NCBI GenBank assembly: GCA_013239625.1
Contig: MU057102.1
Span: forward strand, 558,001-622,000
Direction: 5' to 3'
Origin: Lama guanicoe
Lineage: Eukaryota
Length of the DNA stretch: 64,000 nucleotides
This document shows positions 34,651 through 45,765 of this stretch, piece after piece; position 1 is the stretch's first letter; each line of letters begins with the position of its first letter. The position numbers and the translations under genes were made by a program. The notes below the pieces were generated by a model. That model made no database searches. It was not told where the DNA came from and saw nothing but the letters and a program-made list of their open reading frames with translations.

Positions 34651-36574
34651 GCACATAGGACAGTACTGCTGGGGGGGCCCTGCAGGCGGAGGTGGCACTG
34701 GCGTGGCGGCACGAGGCCGTGTCACCCCAGCAGTGTTGCTCCACATTACCCCGATTTCTCCCCACAGAAAATGCCAGAAATGACACACTGTGTGTCTGCC
34801 TACCCACCCACCGTTTAACAAAAGGCAGCATTTGCTGTATTTTTTTTTATAAATTCCATTTGTTTAAAAAAAATCTATCTGGAAGTTGTTTATTTTTTCT
34901 TCCCAAGTAAAGACAAGTCTGGTCCCAGTGGGATGGGAGGTAGCATTTTGTGGGTGGGACCCTTATGTGGAGCCAGGGTCAGGGAAGGGAAGCAGAGGAG
35001 GTGAGGAAGAAGCTGCTGACCCCTTGCTCGGAGGCCCAGCTCGGAGAGGGAGGGAACCAGGAGGATTCTGATTCCACAGAACACAGAAGACACGGCCCAT
35101 TTCTCAGCACTCTGCCCGGCCCTCAGGCCCGCATTTCACCATCAGTTCCCGAGGCCGCCCTGCTGTGTGGGTGGGAAGGAGCTGCCTGGGTACACGGTGA
35201 CAGCTGCTCACTCTTCTGTCCACACAGAGTGGCAGGGGCTCCAGCCCGGCAGGGCTGGTGGCCTGCTCTGCACTCTGAGCACAGGCGCGCCAGCTTCTCC
35301 GACCTCCTGGCCCTTCCCTTCATCCTGCTGGGCCCTGCCTGGGGCTGATACTGATGCTCTCCCCCAGGGCGGCCCACTGTCCCTCTCTGCCCTCCCTGCC
35401 TCTTCTGGGTGACACTCCTGTCCCTGCCCAGGACCCCCTGCACCACCCGGCCAAGAGTGGGATCCGCGCAGTTGCTCATTTCCCGCGTATTTTTGCCGCC
35501 CCTGCTATGATCTGGGGCTCACTGGGGAGGGAGGAGGGGCCGACGTTCAGGTCCTGGGAACAGACCGGCCCGGCTGAGGCCAGGTGGGAATGGGTTCTGT
35601 GGCGTGGAGCAGGAAGAGGGCGGATGCGGGCTGGAGGAGCGGGTGCTCTCCAGGCCCGGTGGCCCCCGGGTCTCCCTGGGAAGCTGGTGCAAGCGCAGCG
35701 CTTGGATGAAGTGGGCACCCAGGGGAGGCACCCCAGGCGGGAGGCAGGGCAGGGGCAGAGGTGGTGGGGGTGTGCACCGCGGTCGGGGAGGCCAGCCAGC
35801 ACCTCTGAGAGTGAGGCCGGACAGGCCTCCTGAGCCACTGAGCTCCGCAGAAGAGGCATTTGTTGCTTCTGAGAAGGTCGAGGTAGGATTTATCCAGGTA
35901 CCATCTTTGTGAGGTCTGGGGGAGAGAGGGCACTCAGGTGAGGGGTGTGGGCAGGTAGCCCAAGGCCAGGGTCACAGCCTCCTCCAGGAAAGCACCCAGC
36001 CCACCAGAGACCCCGGGGAGCCAAGCCCTGGCCCCGCAGCCAGACCTGGGGTCTGCATCACAGCGGCCGAGGGTGGCCTGGCAGAGCCAGGCAGTGAGTG
36101 GAGGCGGCCAAGGCGAGGTGAGGGTTGCCAGGGAGCCAAGTGGGAGGCCAGGACTCAAACCTGACCCAACAGGTGTGGGTGCGTGGGTGAGCCTGGAAGA
36201 GTTAAGGGGCAGGAGCGGGGGCCATGGGATTCCTGAGCGGGGCTGAGATGAGGAGATGCCGGGAGGGTCCAATCAGAGCATCCGCTGAACACAGGGTTGG
36301 TGAGGATCAGACTTCACCCCCGAGCCCCAGAGAGGAGCTGGACGGACAAGTCGGCCGAGCCCGGAGCAGCACCATCTGCCCTCCTCCCCTCGTGCTGAGA
36401 CACAGGTGCTCCTGGAGGGGTGGAGGCGTAGGGTTCGCAGGGAGTTGCTGGCTACAGAGTGATCATCATTTCACGGATGTGTGATGTGGGCGGGGGCCCT
36501 GAGCACTTCCTGCTCCAGCTGAACCTGACTCCCCACCTGGGAATGGCTGCCCTCCGAGGTCCACCTTGAGGTCT

Positions 36575-36985
36575 CGGCTTCATGGTAACAACAGAGGGAA
36601 GAGACTGCCCCCCAGGCAATGCCAGCTCTGGAGACCAGAGTCTGACATCGCGGTGCTGGGAAGGCCGAGCTCTAGGGGAGGGCCCTTCCTCCCTTGCCTT
36701 GTCCTGGTGGTGGCCAGTAAGCCTTGGTGTCCCTGGGATTGGGGCAGCGTCCCTCCAGCCTCTGCCCCCGTCTTCACGTGGCCTTCTCCCTGTGTCTCTC
36801 TGTATCCAGATTTCCTCTTCTTATAAGGACATTAGTCATTGGATTAGGGCCCATTCTAATGTAGTGTGACCTTGTCTTAACCAGTTACATCCACAAGGAT
36901 CTTATTTCCAAAATAAGGTCACAGTCATAGGTCCCAGGAGTTAGGACTTCAAGCCTGTCGTTTAAGGGACATGATTCATCCCATC
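36575..36985 (-). mobile_element. MLT1 (B/C-like) LTR
   Basis: cagctctggagaccagagtctgacatcgcggtgc...cttcttataaggacattagtcattggattagggccca...cttatttccaaaataaggtcaca...ttaggacttcaa. Confidence 0.85.
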
Positions 36986-37879
36986 CTCAGCAGAGGATTC
37001 TGGCCTGCTGACCCTGACCTTTAAACTTGGACAGCCTGGGTTGGAGAGCCCACCCCTGCGTGGAGAGCATCTCGGGTCTGGGCCAAGCACCTGGGTGTTG
37101 GTGGGGCACCTGCCACGTGCCGGCCCCTGAGTGCTGTTTGTAAAGCTCTTCTCAGCACAAGGCAAGTCTCAGAGGGTTTGGACCTCAGCTCCGGGACACA
37201 CAGGCCTTAGCGTTCCTGGTCCCTGCAACCCGAAAGCCCTGGGAGGCACTGGGCCTTCCAGCCACGCTGGCCCCCAGTTCCAGCCACTTAGGGGCCCTGT
37301 CTTAAGGCTGTGAAGCTATAGTCCTCCAGTGATTCGGGCGTTAAGACCAGAGACCAGAGAAGCCAGGAAGCTTAGGGGCACAGACCCAAGGCGCAGGGAC
37401 TCTGAGGTCCAGGGCTTAGACATACAAGCCTCCGGAGCCCGGAGACCCCACTGGGGCTCAGGATGCCGGCGTGGGCTGACTGTCTCCCTGTGCCCAGCGC
37501 CTTGGGTGGTCCTGTGCCACCTCCGGCCGAGTCTGGAGATCCCCCCGGCACATCTGAAAGCGCACATGGGTGCTTTCCCCACGCACCTCCCTGTGCGGGG
37601 CATGCCCCACCTTCCCAGGCCAGGCTCCAGCTCCAGGATTGTCTTAACGTAACAAGGCCCGCTCGCCTGCCCAGCCCAGGAGGCGGCTGTGGGAGAGCTC
37701 CTGGGAGAGCTGGCAGGGCCCTCCCAGCAGGCAATGTAGGTTATCTCATCTCCCTGGGCGAAGGGAGCAGGCAGGTGATGTGGGCAGAGTTCTCCTTGCG
37801 CTTAGAAGAGGAAAGACAGCCATCTCCAAGGGGCAGGCGGCCCGCACCGGCTCTGTTTAGCTTCGCTTTCCTATATGTG

Positions 37880-38900
37880 TTCAGCAGTGCTTTACTGATC
37901 CCCTGCTCTGTCCTGAGTGCTGTTCTAATTTGAATTAGTTAAACAGGAAATGCTGTGCTCCTGGTACTCGTGGGAGGAAGAAGAAATTAAACAATGATAA
38001 TACATAAGTAGGTGTTATAAGATGGGGAAGGTGAGTGAGAGGGAGAGAAATTAGGGGTGGGGTGGGATCATCGGTGGGGGTGGTCTGCCTGCAACAATAT
38101 TTGGGTGAAAACTCAACCTGGGTAAGAGCCAGGTAGGTGTCCAGGGGACGTGTGCTCTAGAGGGACTGGCCTGTGCAAAGGCCCTGTGGCAGGTGGGTGC
38201 AGGAATAGCAAGGAGGCTGGGGATGGAAGCAGGGAGAGCTGATCAGGAGGAGTTGGAGGTTGCTGCAGGAATCCAGGTGAGACCCAGGTGAGGGCCCGAG
38301 AGGCAGGGTGGGTCGTGGCTCTGGATTCCGCATGTTTGTAGTAAGAGCCAATGGAATATACTGCGTGTTTGAATGTGGAACGTGAGGGGGGTCAGGGACC
38401 AGGCAGATGTCTGACCTGAGTGCCTGGGAAGCTGGTCTGGGGGAGGGAGCTTCAGGCAGACAGACCTGTTGGCCTGGCCTGTTGTAACATCCAGGTGAGG
38501 GGCAGATGCCTGATCTAGGGCATGGTGTGGAGGAGGATGAGGGAGGGGCACTGAGGACCGGCTGTCACTGCAGGTGGTGAGACGGGGGAGCAGGGGACGA
38601 GGGGATGCCCAGGCTTGCATGATGGGCCCGCGGGTGCCGGCCTTCATCCCAGCAGGAGGGAGTGGTTTGGGGGAAAGCCAATGGTGACCTCAGAAGAGAG
38701 GTGACCAGGGTGAGAGAGGGACAGGCCATCGGGGCTCAACAAGGAGGTCCAGGCGGGGGTGAAAGTGTTGAGGTCGCAGCCTCTGGGTGGTCTTTGAGGT
38801 TCCGAGGTTGAGAACATGCCGGGCAACCAGGGAAAGGAGCCAGGACTGGGGGCGAGGTGGGCGTGGGAAGGATTTAAAGATTTGACTGTCCTGGGTGTGT
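37880..38900 (-). mobile_element. L2 fragment(s)
   Basis: ggcctgtgcaaaggccctgtggcagg...; atgtttgtagtaagagccaatggaa...gggtcagggaccaggcagatgtctgacctgagtgcctggga; acatccaggtgagg. Confidence 0.6.
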
Positions 38901-39228
38901 CGGGAGGGTGCTGGCCACCCCCATGAGGGGCACGGCAGCCGATCACGTGGGCTGAGGGGTGCTGGGGAAGAGCGCTGGGGCTCTCGGAAGGGGACACACC
39001 GGGGGTCGAAGGCTGCAGGATGGAGGCAGGTGCGGAAGGGAAGGGAAGGGAAAGAGAGCCCTGTTTCCTCCTCTAACCAAGTGATTCACCAGCGTCCCAG
39101 AGGGAAGGGTCCAACTCCCACCCACCCCACCCTGGGACTGTGGGGTGACCAGCCCCCAGGGGGACCTGATTTCTCTCACCTGAACCCAGCCCGGAGCTTG
39201 TGCGGCTTTAGCCTCCTCTCCCTCAGTC

Positions 39229-39688
39229 CCTGGCTTAGTTCCCTGGGCCGCGTAACAAAGCACCAGACCAGGTGCTGAACAGCAGTGGTCTGTGGTCTCC
39301 CAGTTCTGCGGGCCGAAGGTCTGAGCCCAGGGTGTCTGCAAGCTCTGTTCCTTCTGGCGGATCTAGGGACAAGCCGTCCCAGCCTCTCGCCCAGCTTCTG
39401 GGGTTTGCTGGCGATCCTTGGTGTTCCCCAGCTGGTGGAAGCGTCGCCCCGACCTCTGTCTCTCTCGTCACACGATCTCCTTGCTGGGTGCCTGTCTGTG
39501 TCCACATTTACTCCTTTTCGTAAGGACACCAGTCATGTTGGACTAGGGGCTTACACTGCTCCAGTGGGACCTCATTTAACAGTTCTGTCTACCACAACCC
39601 TGTTTCCCAATATGGCCCCACTCTAAGGCACTAGGGGTTGGGACTTCAATATGTGAATCTGGTGGGGGGGCCAGTTCAACCCATCACA
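39229..39688 (-). mobile_element. MLT1 (B/C-like) LTR
   Basis: ttagttccctgggccgcgtaacaaagcaccagac...taaggacaccagtcatgttggactagggg...gggttgggacttcaatatgtgaatct...gttcaacccatcaca. Confidence 0.88.
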
Positions 39689-40736
39689 GCCACTGCCATT
39701 GGTATTTATAGATATTGAGGGTGCGGCCGGGGATGCTGCAGGGCCCCGGCCCCCAGCCCTCCATCCCGCCCGCAGAGTGGTGGGGGGTCCACCTGTGCCG
39801 GGTGCCGGGCAGAGCCCACCCAGTCCGCCCCCAGGTAATCCCCCCGCCCAGCCCAGAGGGAGGCACTGGGCCTGCTCCGTCTTAAGGTGAGATCGTGTGG
39901 TTTCAGAACTTGCTGGCCACAGAACTAGTGACAGCTGAGGCCGAGGTTCCAACCAGGCAAGCCACCTTCTGAGTCCCCAGGCCCTGCGGCTTTGGCCCCC
40001 TGGGGACACTGTACCCTCCTGCGTCTCCCCACACACTGGGTTCTTTGGCTCCCAGGGCAGCCCAGCGGACAGGGGTCGAGTTCTCCTGGCCTCTGAGAGG
40101 ACCTTGGCAAAGGCTCCCAGGCCTGGGCCCAGTCTCCCTGATTCAGATCGTTCTGTACTCCTCCGTCCAGACGGCCTGGCAGGGCACTGGGGGGCCAGGA
40201 GGGCCTTGCTCTGGTGGGGCTGGGCTGGACAGGCTTGAGCTCTCCTGGGAGACTGGACCTGGCTGGGGGGACACGGGCCTGGCTCACCAGGGGCCAGAAG
40301 ACCCCTCCTTAGAGGGGAGACGAGGCAGCTTCCTCTACTGGCTGAAGGGCCGCTGGCCGCTGCTCTGCCCTGTCCCGAGCTGCTCCCAGACCAGGGAGAG
40401 GGTCTCATTCTATTTTGGAAGACTCGGGTGGGAGTGTGTGAAGCAGCTGACATGCCTGGATGGAGGTGTCAGGCTGAGAGGCCCCTTTTCTGGGCCCCCG
40501 GAGCAGCTGCTGGGTGGACAGTGCTCACTGTCGGGGTCTGCTGTCCCCAGGGCTCTGGCTCGTGAGACACCCTCCTCACGATGGCTTGTCTTCCCTTTTA
40601 CTGGTCAGTTAGAACACACAGGGCCCTGTGCTCACTGCCCAGCCCTTAAATAAGATCACTCCTGCTCCAGGGTGACCTTGTGGGGCAGTATCACAGTGCC
40701 CATACTCACCCATTCCACAGACGAGCACACTGAGGG

Positions 40737-40912
40737 TCAGAGAGGTTCAGCCACTCTCCGCAAGTTCAGCCAGTGTGTGCACAGCCATCATCTTAGATTC
40801 GGTCACTTCTCTTTGTTTGTTAATCCCATCCTGGAAAAGGTTCTGTTTTCCATGGAGGGATCAGTACACAGTTTCCAAGTCAATTAATCCACGTACGCAG
40901 AAGGTGGGCTTC
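40737..40912 (+). repeat. 176-bp local duplication, copy 1
   Basis: Ungapped match to 41915-42090 with 12 substitutions. Confidence 0.95.
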
Positions 40913-41169
40913 AGCACGTGGCGGTCAGGGTCAGCGTCTGGGGTCCTCCAGGCTCTGTGGCCAAGGAAGCAGGCTCAGGACAGGAGCCCCGGCTCCTGCC
41001 ACCTGCCAGGATGCTGCTACTGCCATCAGGGATGGATCCTAACATGAAAACATGGCAATCACCAAAGGGTTCAGGCCATGGAACCAAGGAAACCTACCCC
41101 TATTTATCCAGGGACATTAGGCGGATGTTAACATCTTGTATGTGTGTCACAGAATGTGCAAAGAAGTGA

Positions 41170-41640
41170 AGCATTGCAGACACAGCGGAGGCATCGCTCC
41201 TCCACGGGACCTCCACTCTCCCCCCGATGTGTTCCATTCTCATCCGTGTTCTCCTGCTTTCACTGCCCCCATCTGTGTTCATAAATAAAGGATGCCATGG
41301 TGTCGTGTGCCCCAGATCTACACGACTGGTCCGTGCTGGATGTCTCTGCTTGCGGCTGGCTTTGTTCACTCCGCGCTATGTTTGTGAAATGAATCCCCGT
41401 TGACAGGTGGGATTCCATTGTATGGATAAGCCGCAGCTGATCTGTTTCCTTTCAGAGGGACACTGTGTTTTGCTCCTCCCACTTTTATTTTCCTTTTTGC
41501 TATTTTGGCCAGTCCCACAGCCAACAGCTTTGTGTGAGTCTCCCGGGGCGTCTGCGTAAGCCACCCAGAATCTCAGGTGTGGTCTTCTGGAGGCAGGACT
41601 GCTGCTCGGAGCCCAGAGCATCTCCTGAGTCACTAGATGT
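41170..41640 (-). mobile_element. Ancient L1M fragment
   Basis: tggctttgttcactcc...gtttgtgaaatgaatccccgttgac...gattccattgtatggataagccgcag...ttttgctattttggcc. Confidence 0.6.
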
Positions 41641-41914
41641 GGCCAAGGTGTACTCCAGAGCCCGGTGCCAGCCAGGTCGAGAGAAGGATTGGACTTCAAG
41701 TTCATGTATTCAGAAGAAGATTTTTGCGTCCCTCCTTCCTTGCCCTCCCCTCCCCAGCAAGTGCACAGTAGTGCCGCGTAGAGCTCATACAGACAGACCG
41801 AGGTGCACATCCTTGCTTTGCCGCCCACCTGTGGGTGACCTGGGGCAAGTTTCCAGGTGGCGCTGTGCTGACATCTCGGGGTGATGATTCCCCCTCGGGA
41901 GGTTGCTGTAAGGC

Positions 41915-42090
41915 TCAGAGAGGTTCGGCCACTCTTTGCAAGTTCAGCCAGTGTGTGCACAGCCATCATCTTAGATTCGGTCACTTCTCTTTGTTTGTTA
42001 ATCCCATCCTGGAAAAGGTTCTGTTTTCCATGGAGGGATCGATGCACAATTCCCAAGTCAATTAATCCATGTATGTGGAAGGTGGGCTTC
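41915..42090 (+). repeat. 176-bp local duplication, copy 2
   Basis: Ungapped match to 40737-40912. Confidence 0.95.
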
Positions 42091-43287
42091 GAAACATGGA
42101 GTTTTGCTCCAATAGGTGATGTACGTGGTGCAGTGTTCAGTAAATGTCGGAAGTTGTCATTTGTTCGTTCATTGATTCACTGATTCATCCCTCTACTCAT
42201 GAAGCCTTTGGTGCTCCAGGAGGTGGGCTGGCTCCTTGCTCGGCCCCCTGGAGCCTCCCCGACATCCTCTTCCTCAGCTGGGCCCAGAGGTCAAGCTTCT
42301 CAGGTGGCTTCTGTGTTGACTCTGGAGGCTTTTGGCCTAGAAAATCGCTCCAGTTTTCCAGGAATCTGACGGCCTCCTCCCTGGGGGCCCTTGACAGCCA
42401 GAAATTCCACCACACCCAGGGATCCCCGAGGGAGCCGCCCTCTGTCCCCCAGAGGGAAGTTTGTGAGAAAGGCACCTGGGGCCAGTTGCGGAGGGGCAGG
42501 ACCTGGGGGAACATCTGGAAATTCCTGAGCCTTGAAATTAGTTAAACAAATACCATTTGCTCTCCTTTTTACCCTTCAAACAACCCAAAGAATGGGGCCC
42601 ACGGGACGCGTGGGGCAGCTGCATCTTCCTGTTGGCGGTGATGGAGGGTCCTACGGGGGATGTGGGCTGGGCCTGCGGAGGCTGCGAGACCTGGGCTCTT
42701 GTCCTGGATCTGCGGACCGGATGTGACCTCAGGCATGCTGCCCTCCCTGGCCTCAGGGTCCTCGTCTGTGTCTGGGGGATTTGATGGAGGGTCTTATCTG
42801 GCTTGTGAGAGCCGCTGGTGAAGTTGGGTTCCCCGGGGTCATGCTGGTGGGTGCTACCCCCCAGCCAAGGGGAGGGATTAGAGAAACCAGAGGGACCGCC
42901 TCCACCACAGCTGAAACGGGGGAGCAGCCTTGGCCTCTGCTCCCTGGCCCTTTCCTGGGCCCCTGGGGTTCCCGTAGTGGTCAGGCTTCAGGTGAGACTG
43001 TCTCCTCGTCGTGCCTGCTCAGGAGCAGCCTGGTTCACTGCTCCTGCACACCCAGGCCTCCCGCACCATGTGAGGGTCCCCCAGCACCCACTGCTAGTCA
43101 CAGTCAGGAGACCCTCACCCCGCTGAGCCCCTCTCACCACAGCTGCATGGCCTTGGCTTAATGAGCCAAGCTGTGGCCGCTTCTCCCACAACACATGCAC
43201 GTCCCTGGTCAGCCAGGGCGCTCCTGTCTGCTGTCCATGGTTCCAGCATCTGGAGGGGCCTGGCACCTAGGGGTGTCCATCAGCCAC

Positions 43288-43370
43288 AGAGTGAGCGTGT
43301 GAGTGAGTGAATGAGTGAGGGAGGGAATGAATGAGTGAATGAAGGAATGAGTGGGTGACTGAATGAATGC
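43288..43370 (+). repeat. (GAGT/GAAT)n simple repeat, probable L2 tail
   Basis: gagtgagtgaatgagtgagg...gaatgaatgagtgaatgaaggaatga, directly after gcatctggaggggcctggcacctagggggtgtccatca. Confidence 0.8.
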
Positions 43371-44119
43371 AGTGACCTGGCGCCCAGATCCAGGTCTTCA
43401 GCCGAAGAGGCAGCCTGGCCCGGAGGCTGGGAGGCCCCGCCACCTACCAGCAGGGAGCTCTGAGGCAGAGCCAGCGCCGCACTGGGCCTCAATTTCCCTA
43501 TAGGACCAGGGGAGGTGGTGTCCAGATCCACGCACCCACAGATATCCACAGGGCACTCCTGTGTGTGGGCCCAGTGCAGGGCGTTAGGACTCCCCAGCCC
43601 TCAGGCCCGTCTGTCCCCACCCCGGAGTGTAGGCCAGTGAGGGGACTGAGCCCCAGCACATCCAACACCCCGGCTGGAACAGAAGCTGTGGGCCCGCAGA
43701 GCAGGACGAAGTCCAAGGTGTGGACGGCTGAGCCCTGACCACAGCTGCCTGTGACCAAGCTGGGTTGGGCAGAGCCTGAACCATCGCTGCGGGGAGTTGG
43801 GCTTTGTCCCCAGTCAGTGGGAGCCATGGAGGAGCTGAGAGCAGGAGCAGGCCGGCTCGGACTTGTGAGGCCCAGGCCCAGGCCCAGGGCTGCAAGGAGT
43901 GAGAAGGCCAGATGGAGGCAGGGAGCCCAGACAGGCGGCTGGGGGTGAGGCAGGGAGGGGGCGAGGCTGGAGCTGAGGCCATGGAGGTGAGGAGGCAGCT
44001 GTGGGGCTGTGGATGGTCTGAGCTTGGGAGCTCTGCCTGTCACCCGAGGGCCTGCCACACAGCACGAAGGCCCCACTGGTGGTGCAGGTGCCTGGGGGTG
44101 TGTCTGTGTGTGACAGCCA

Positions 44120-44240
44120 GGGAGAGACAGAGAGTCAGAGACAGAGAGATGGAGAGAGAGAGACACAGAGAGACAGAGAGGAGACAGAGACAGAAAGGAG
44201 GGAGACAGAAAGAAAGCCAGAAAGAGGAGACCAAGAGACA
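44120..44240 (+). repeat. (GA/GACA)-rich simple repeat
   Basis: Direct inspection. Confidence 0.9.
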
Positions 44241-44639
44241 GGGTGAGGCTGACTGCCCCACCTCCGCGCGCACTGCCCCGCCCCGAGGGCCCGCCTTGCT
44301 GTGAGCTCTCTAGGAGGCTCTGTGCCCTGTGGCTTCTGCTGACAAACAGGTAAGCGGGTCCCGCACCCACCAGCCCAGCTGCCCCGCAGAGGGCGAGGCC
44401 TTGAGGCCCGGGCAGCACCCGCCCCTCGGCCTGTCTCAGCTCAGCTCCACCTCGGTCCTCCTCCGCCCCCCTCCCCCGCGGTGTGGCCGCAGAAGGGCCC
44501 CCATCCCTCTGAGTGTCCATTTCTTCAGCCGAAGCTGGGTGTCTGGGAGAAAGCAGAGCGAGCCAGACGCCCACACAGAGCCTGGGGTGGCCCCACTGAC
44601 CCCTGCCCTTCACCCTCGCCGCCGCCTGGTGCCCTAGTG

Positions 44640-44750
44640 ACATTATTACCCCATTTTATGGATGAGGAAGCTGAGGCCCAGGGCTCAGGTGACTCTCAAA
44701 GGCCCATAGGTGGCTAGTGAGAAGCAGAGCTGGAGTTCAGAGTCTGGGGC
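44640..44750 (-). mobile_element. MIR fragment
   Basis: attattaccccattttatggatgaggaagctgaggccc...ggctagtgagaagcagagctggagttcag. Confidence 0.8.
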
Positions 44751-45394
44751 TTGTTTGCTTCTCAGTAAACAGTGGGGCTGATCAACTCGTCTCCCCCGCT
44801 CTCTGCGCTGATCACGGCCCCTGGAAGCCCAGAGCCTGGCCCACCGCGGACACTGCCCGACGGTCAGGCCCCTCAGCTGCAGGCCGCCCTCCAGAGCCGC
44901 CCTCCTGGGCCAGAGTCGGCCAGGGCCTGCTGGCTTCAGCCTTGCATCTGGCTAAACCGGTTCCACTTGGGTCTTAGTGACCGCGAGTCCTAAAAGTTGG
45001 GACACAGGGCGTTTCCCCAGGAGGTTCAAGGTTCTTGAGGGACAGCAGAGAGGCTCCAGGTGGGCCCCGAGGCACAGGGCATTTAACAGAGCACCCCCGC
45101 CCCCTGAAGCTGCCCCACGCTACCCAGAGCCATCCACGTGGGATCTCTCGCCCTTGCCCAGAGCGGCCTCTGGGTGCGTAGGTGGCCACGGCGGCAGACA
45201 GGCCCTGGGTCTGGGTTTCCCCTCTGCCTATGTCCCCACCTGCCTCAGAGTGGCATGTGCCCTGGGGTCCGGTCCCCAGCCGGGCTGCAGCCCAGCGTCG
45301 CGGAGGACGGCATCCTCATGGACCTCCTCTGAACCCCCCACATCCAATAAAGTTCCGTTTAACACTCCCCCCTGCAGAAGATGGGAAAACATGC

Positions 45395-45765
45395 TGTGTC
45401 ATTTTTCTGAGGCCTCTGTAAGAGCGCAGTGCCTGGATGACACAGAGACTTGTTTCACCGTCCTGGAGGCTGGGAGTCTGAGAGCAAGGTGAGGGCGGGC
45501 TGGTTCTTCTGAGGCCTCTGTCCTTGGTGTGTGGATGGCCATCCTCTCTCCGTGCCCTCGTGTGGCCGTCCCTCTGTGCATGTCTGTGTCCTAATCTCCA
45601 CTTCTTATAAGGACCCAGTCAGATTAGATGGGGACCCACCCCAGGGACCTCATTTTACCTTAATTACCTCTTCAAAGACCTGATCTCTAACGACAGCCTC
45701 TTTCTGCAGTGCTGGGGGTTAGGACTTCACCGTGTGGATTTCGGGGGCACGATTCAGCCCATCAC
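45395..45765 (-). mobile_element. MLT1A-like LTR
   Basis: cctggaggctgggagtctgagagcaaggtg...gtgtcctaatctccacttcttataaggacccagtcagatt...ggggttaggacttca...gattcagcccatcac. Confidence 0.88.

Noticed and set aside
43225-43250. REST/RE1-like ACCATGGACAGC on the - strand (also a TTCAGCACC half-site near 55020)
   Set aside because: Only one half-site matches in each case.
43498-44643. 381-aa - strand ORF with a hydrophobic stretch
   Set aside because: The Leu/Ser stretch is the translated (TC)-rich microsatellite; the rest is low-complexity GC-driven sequence with no domain.
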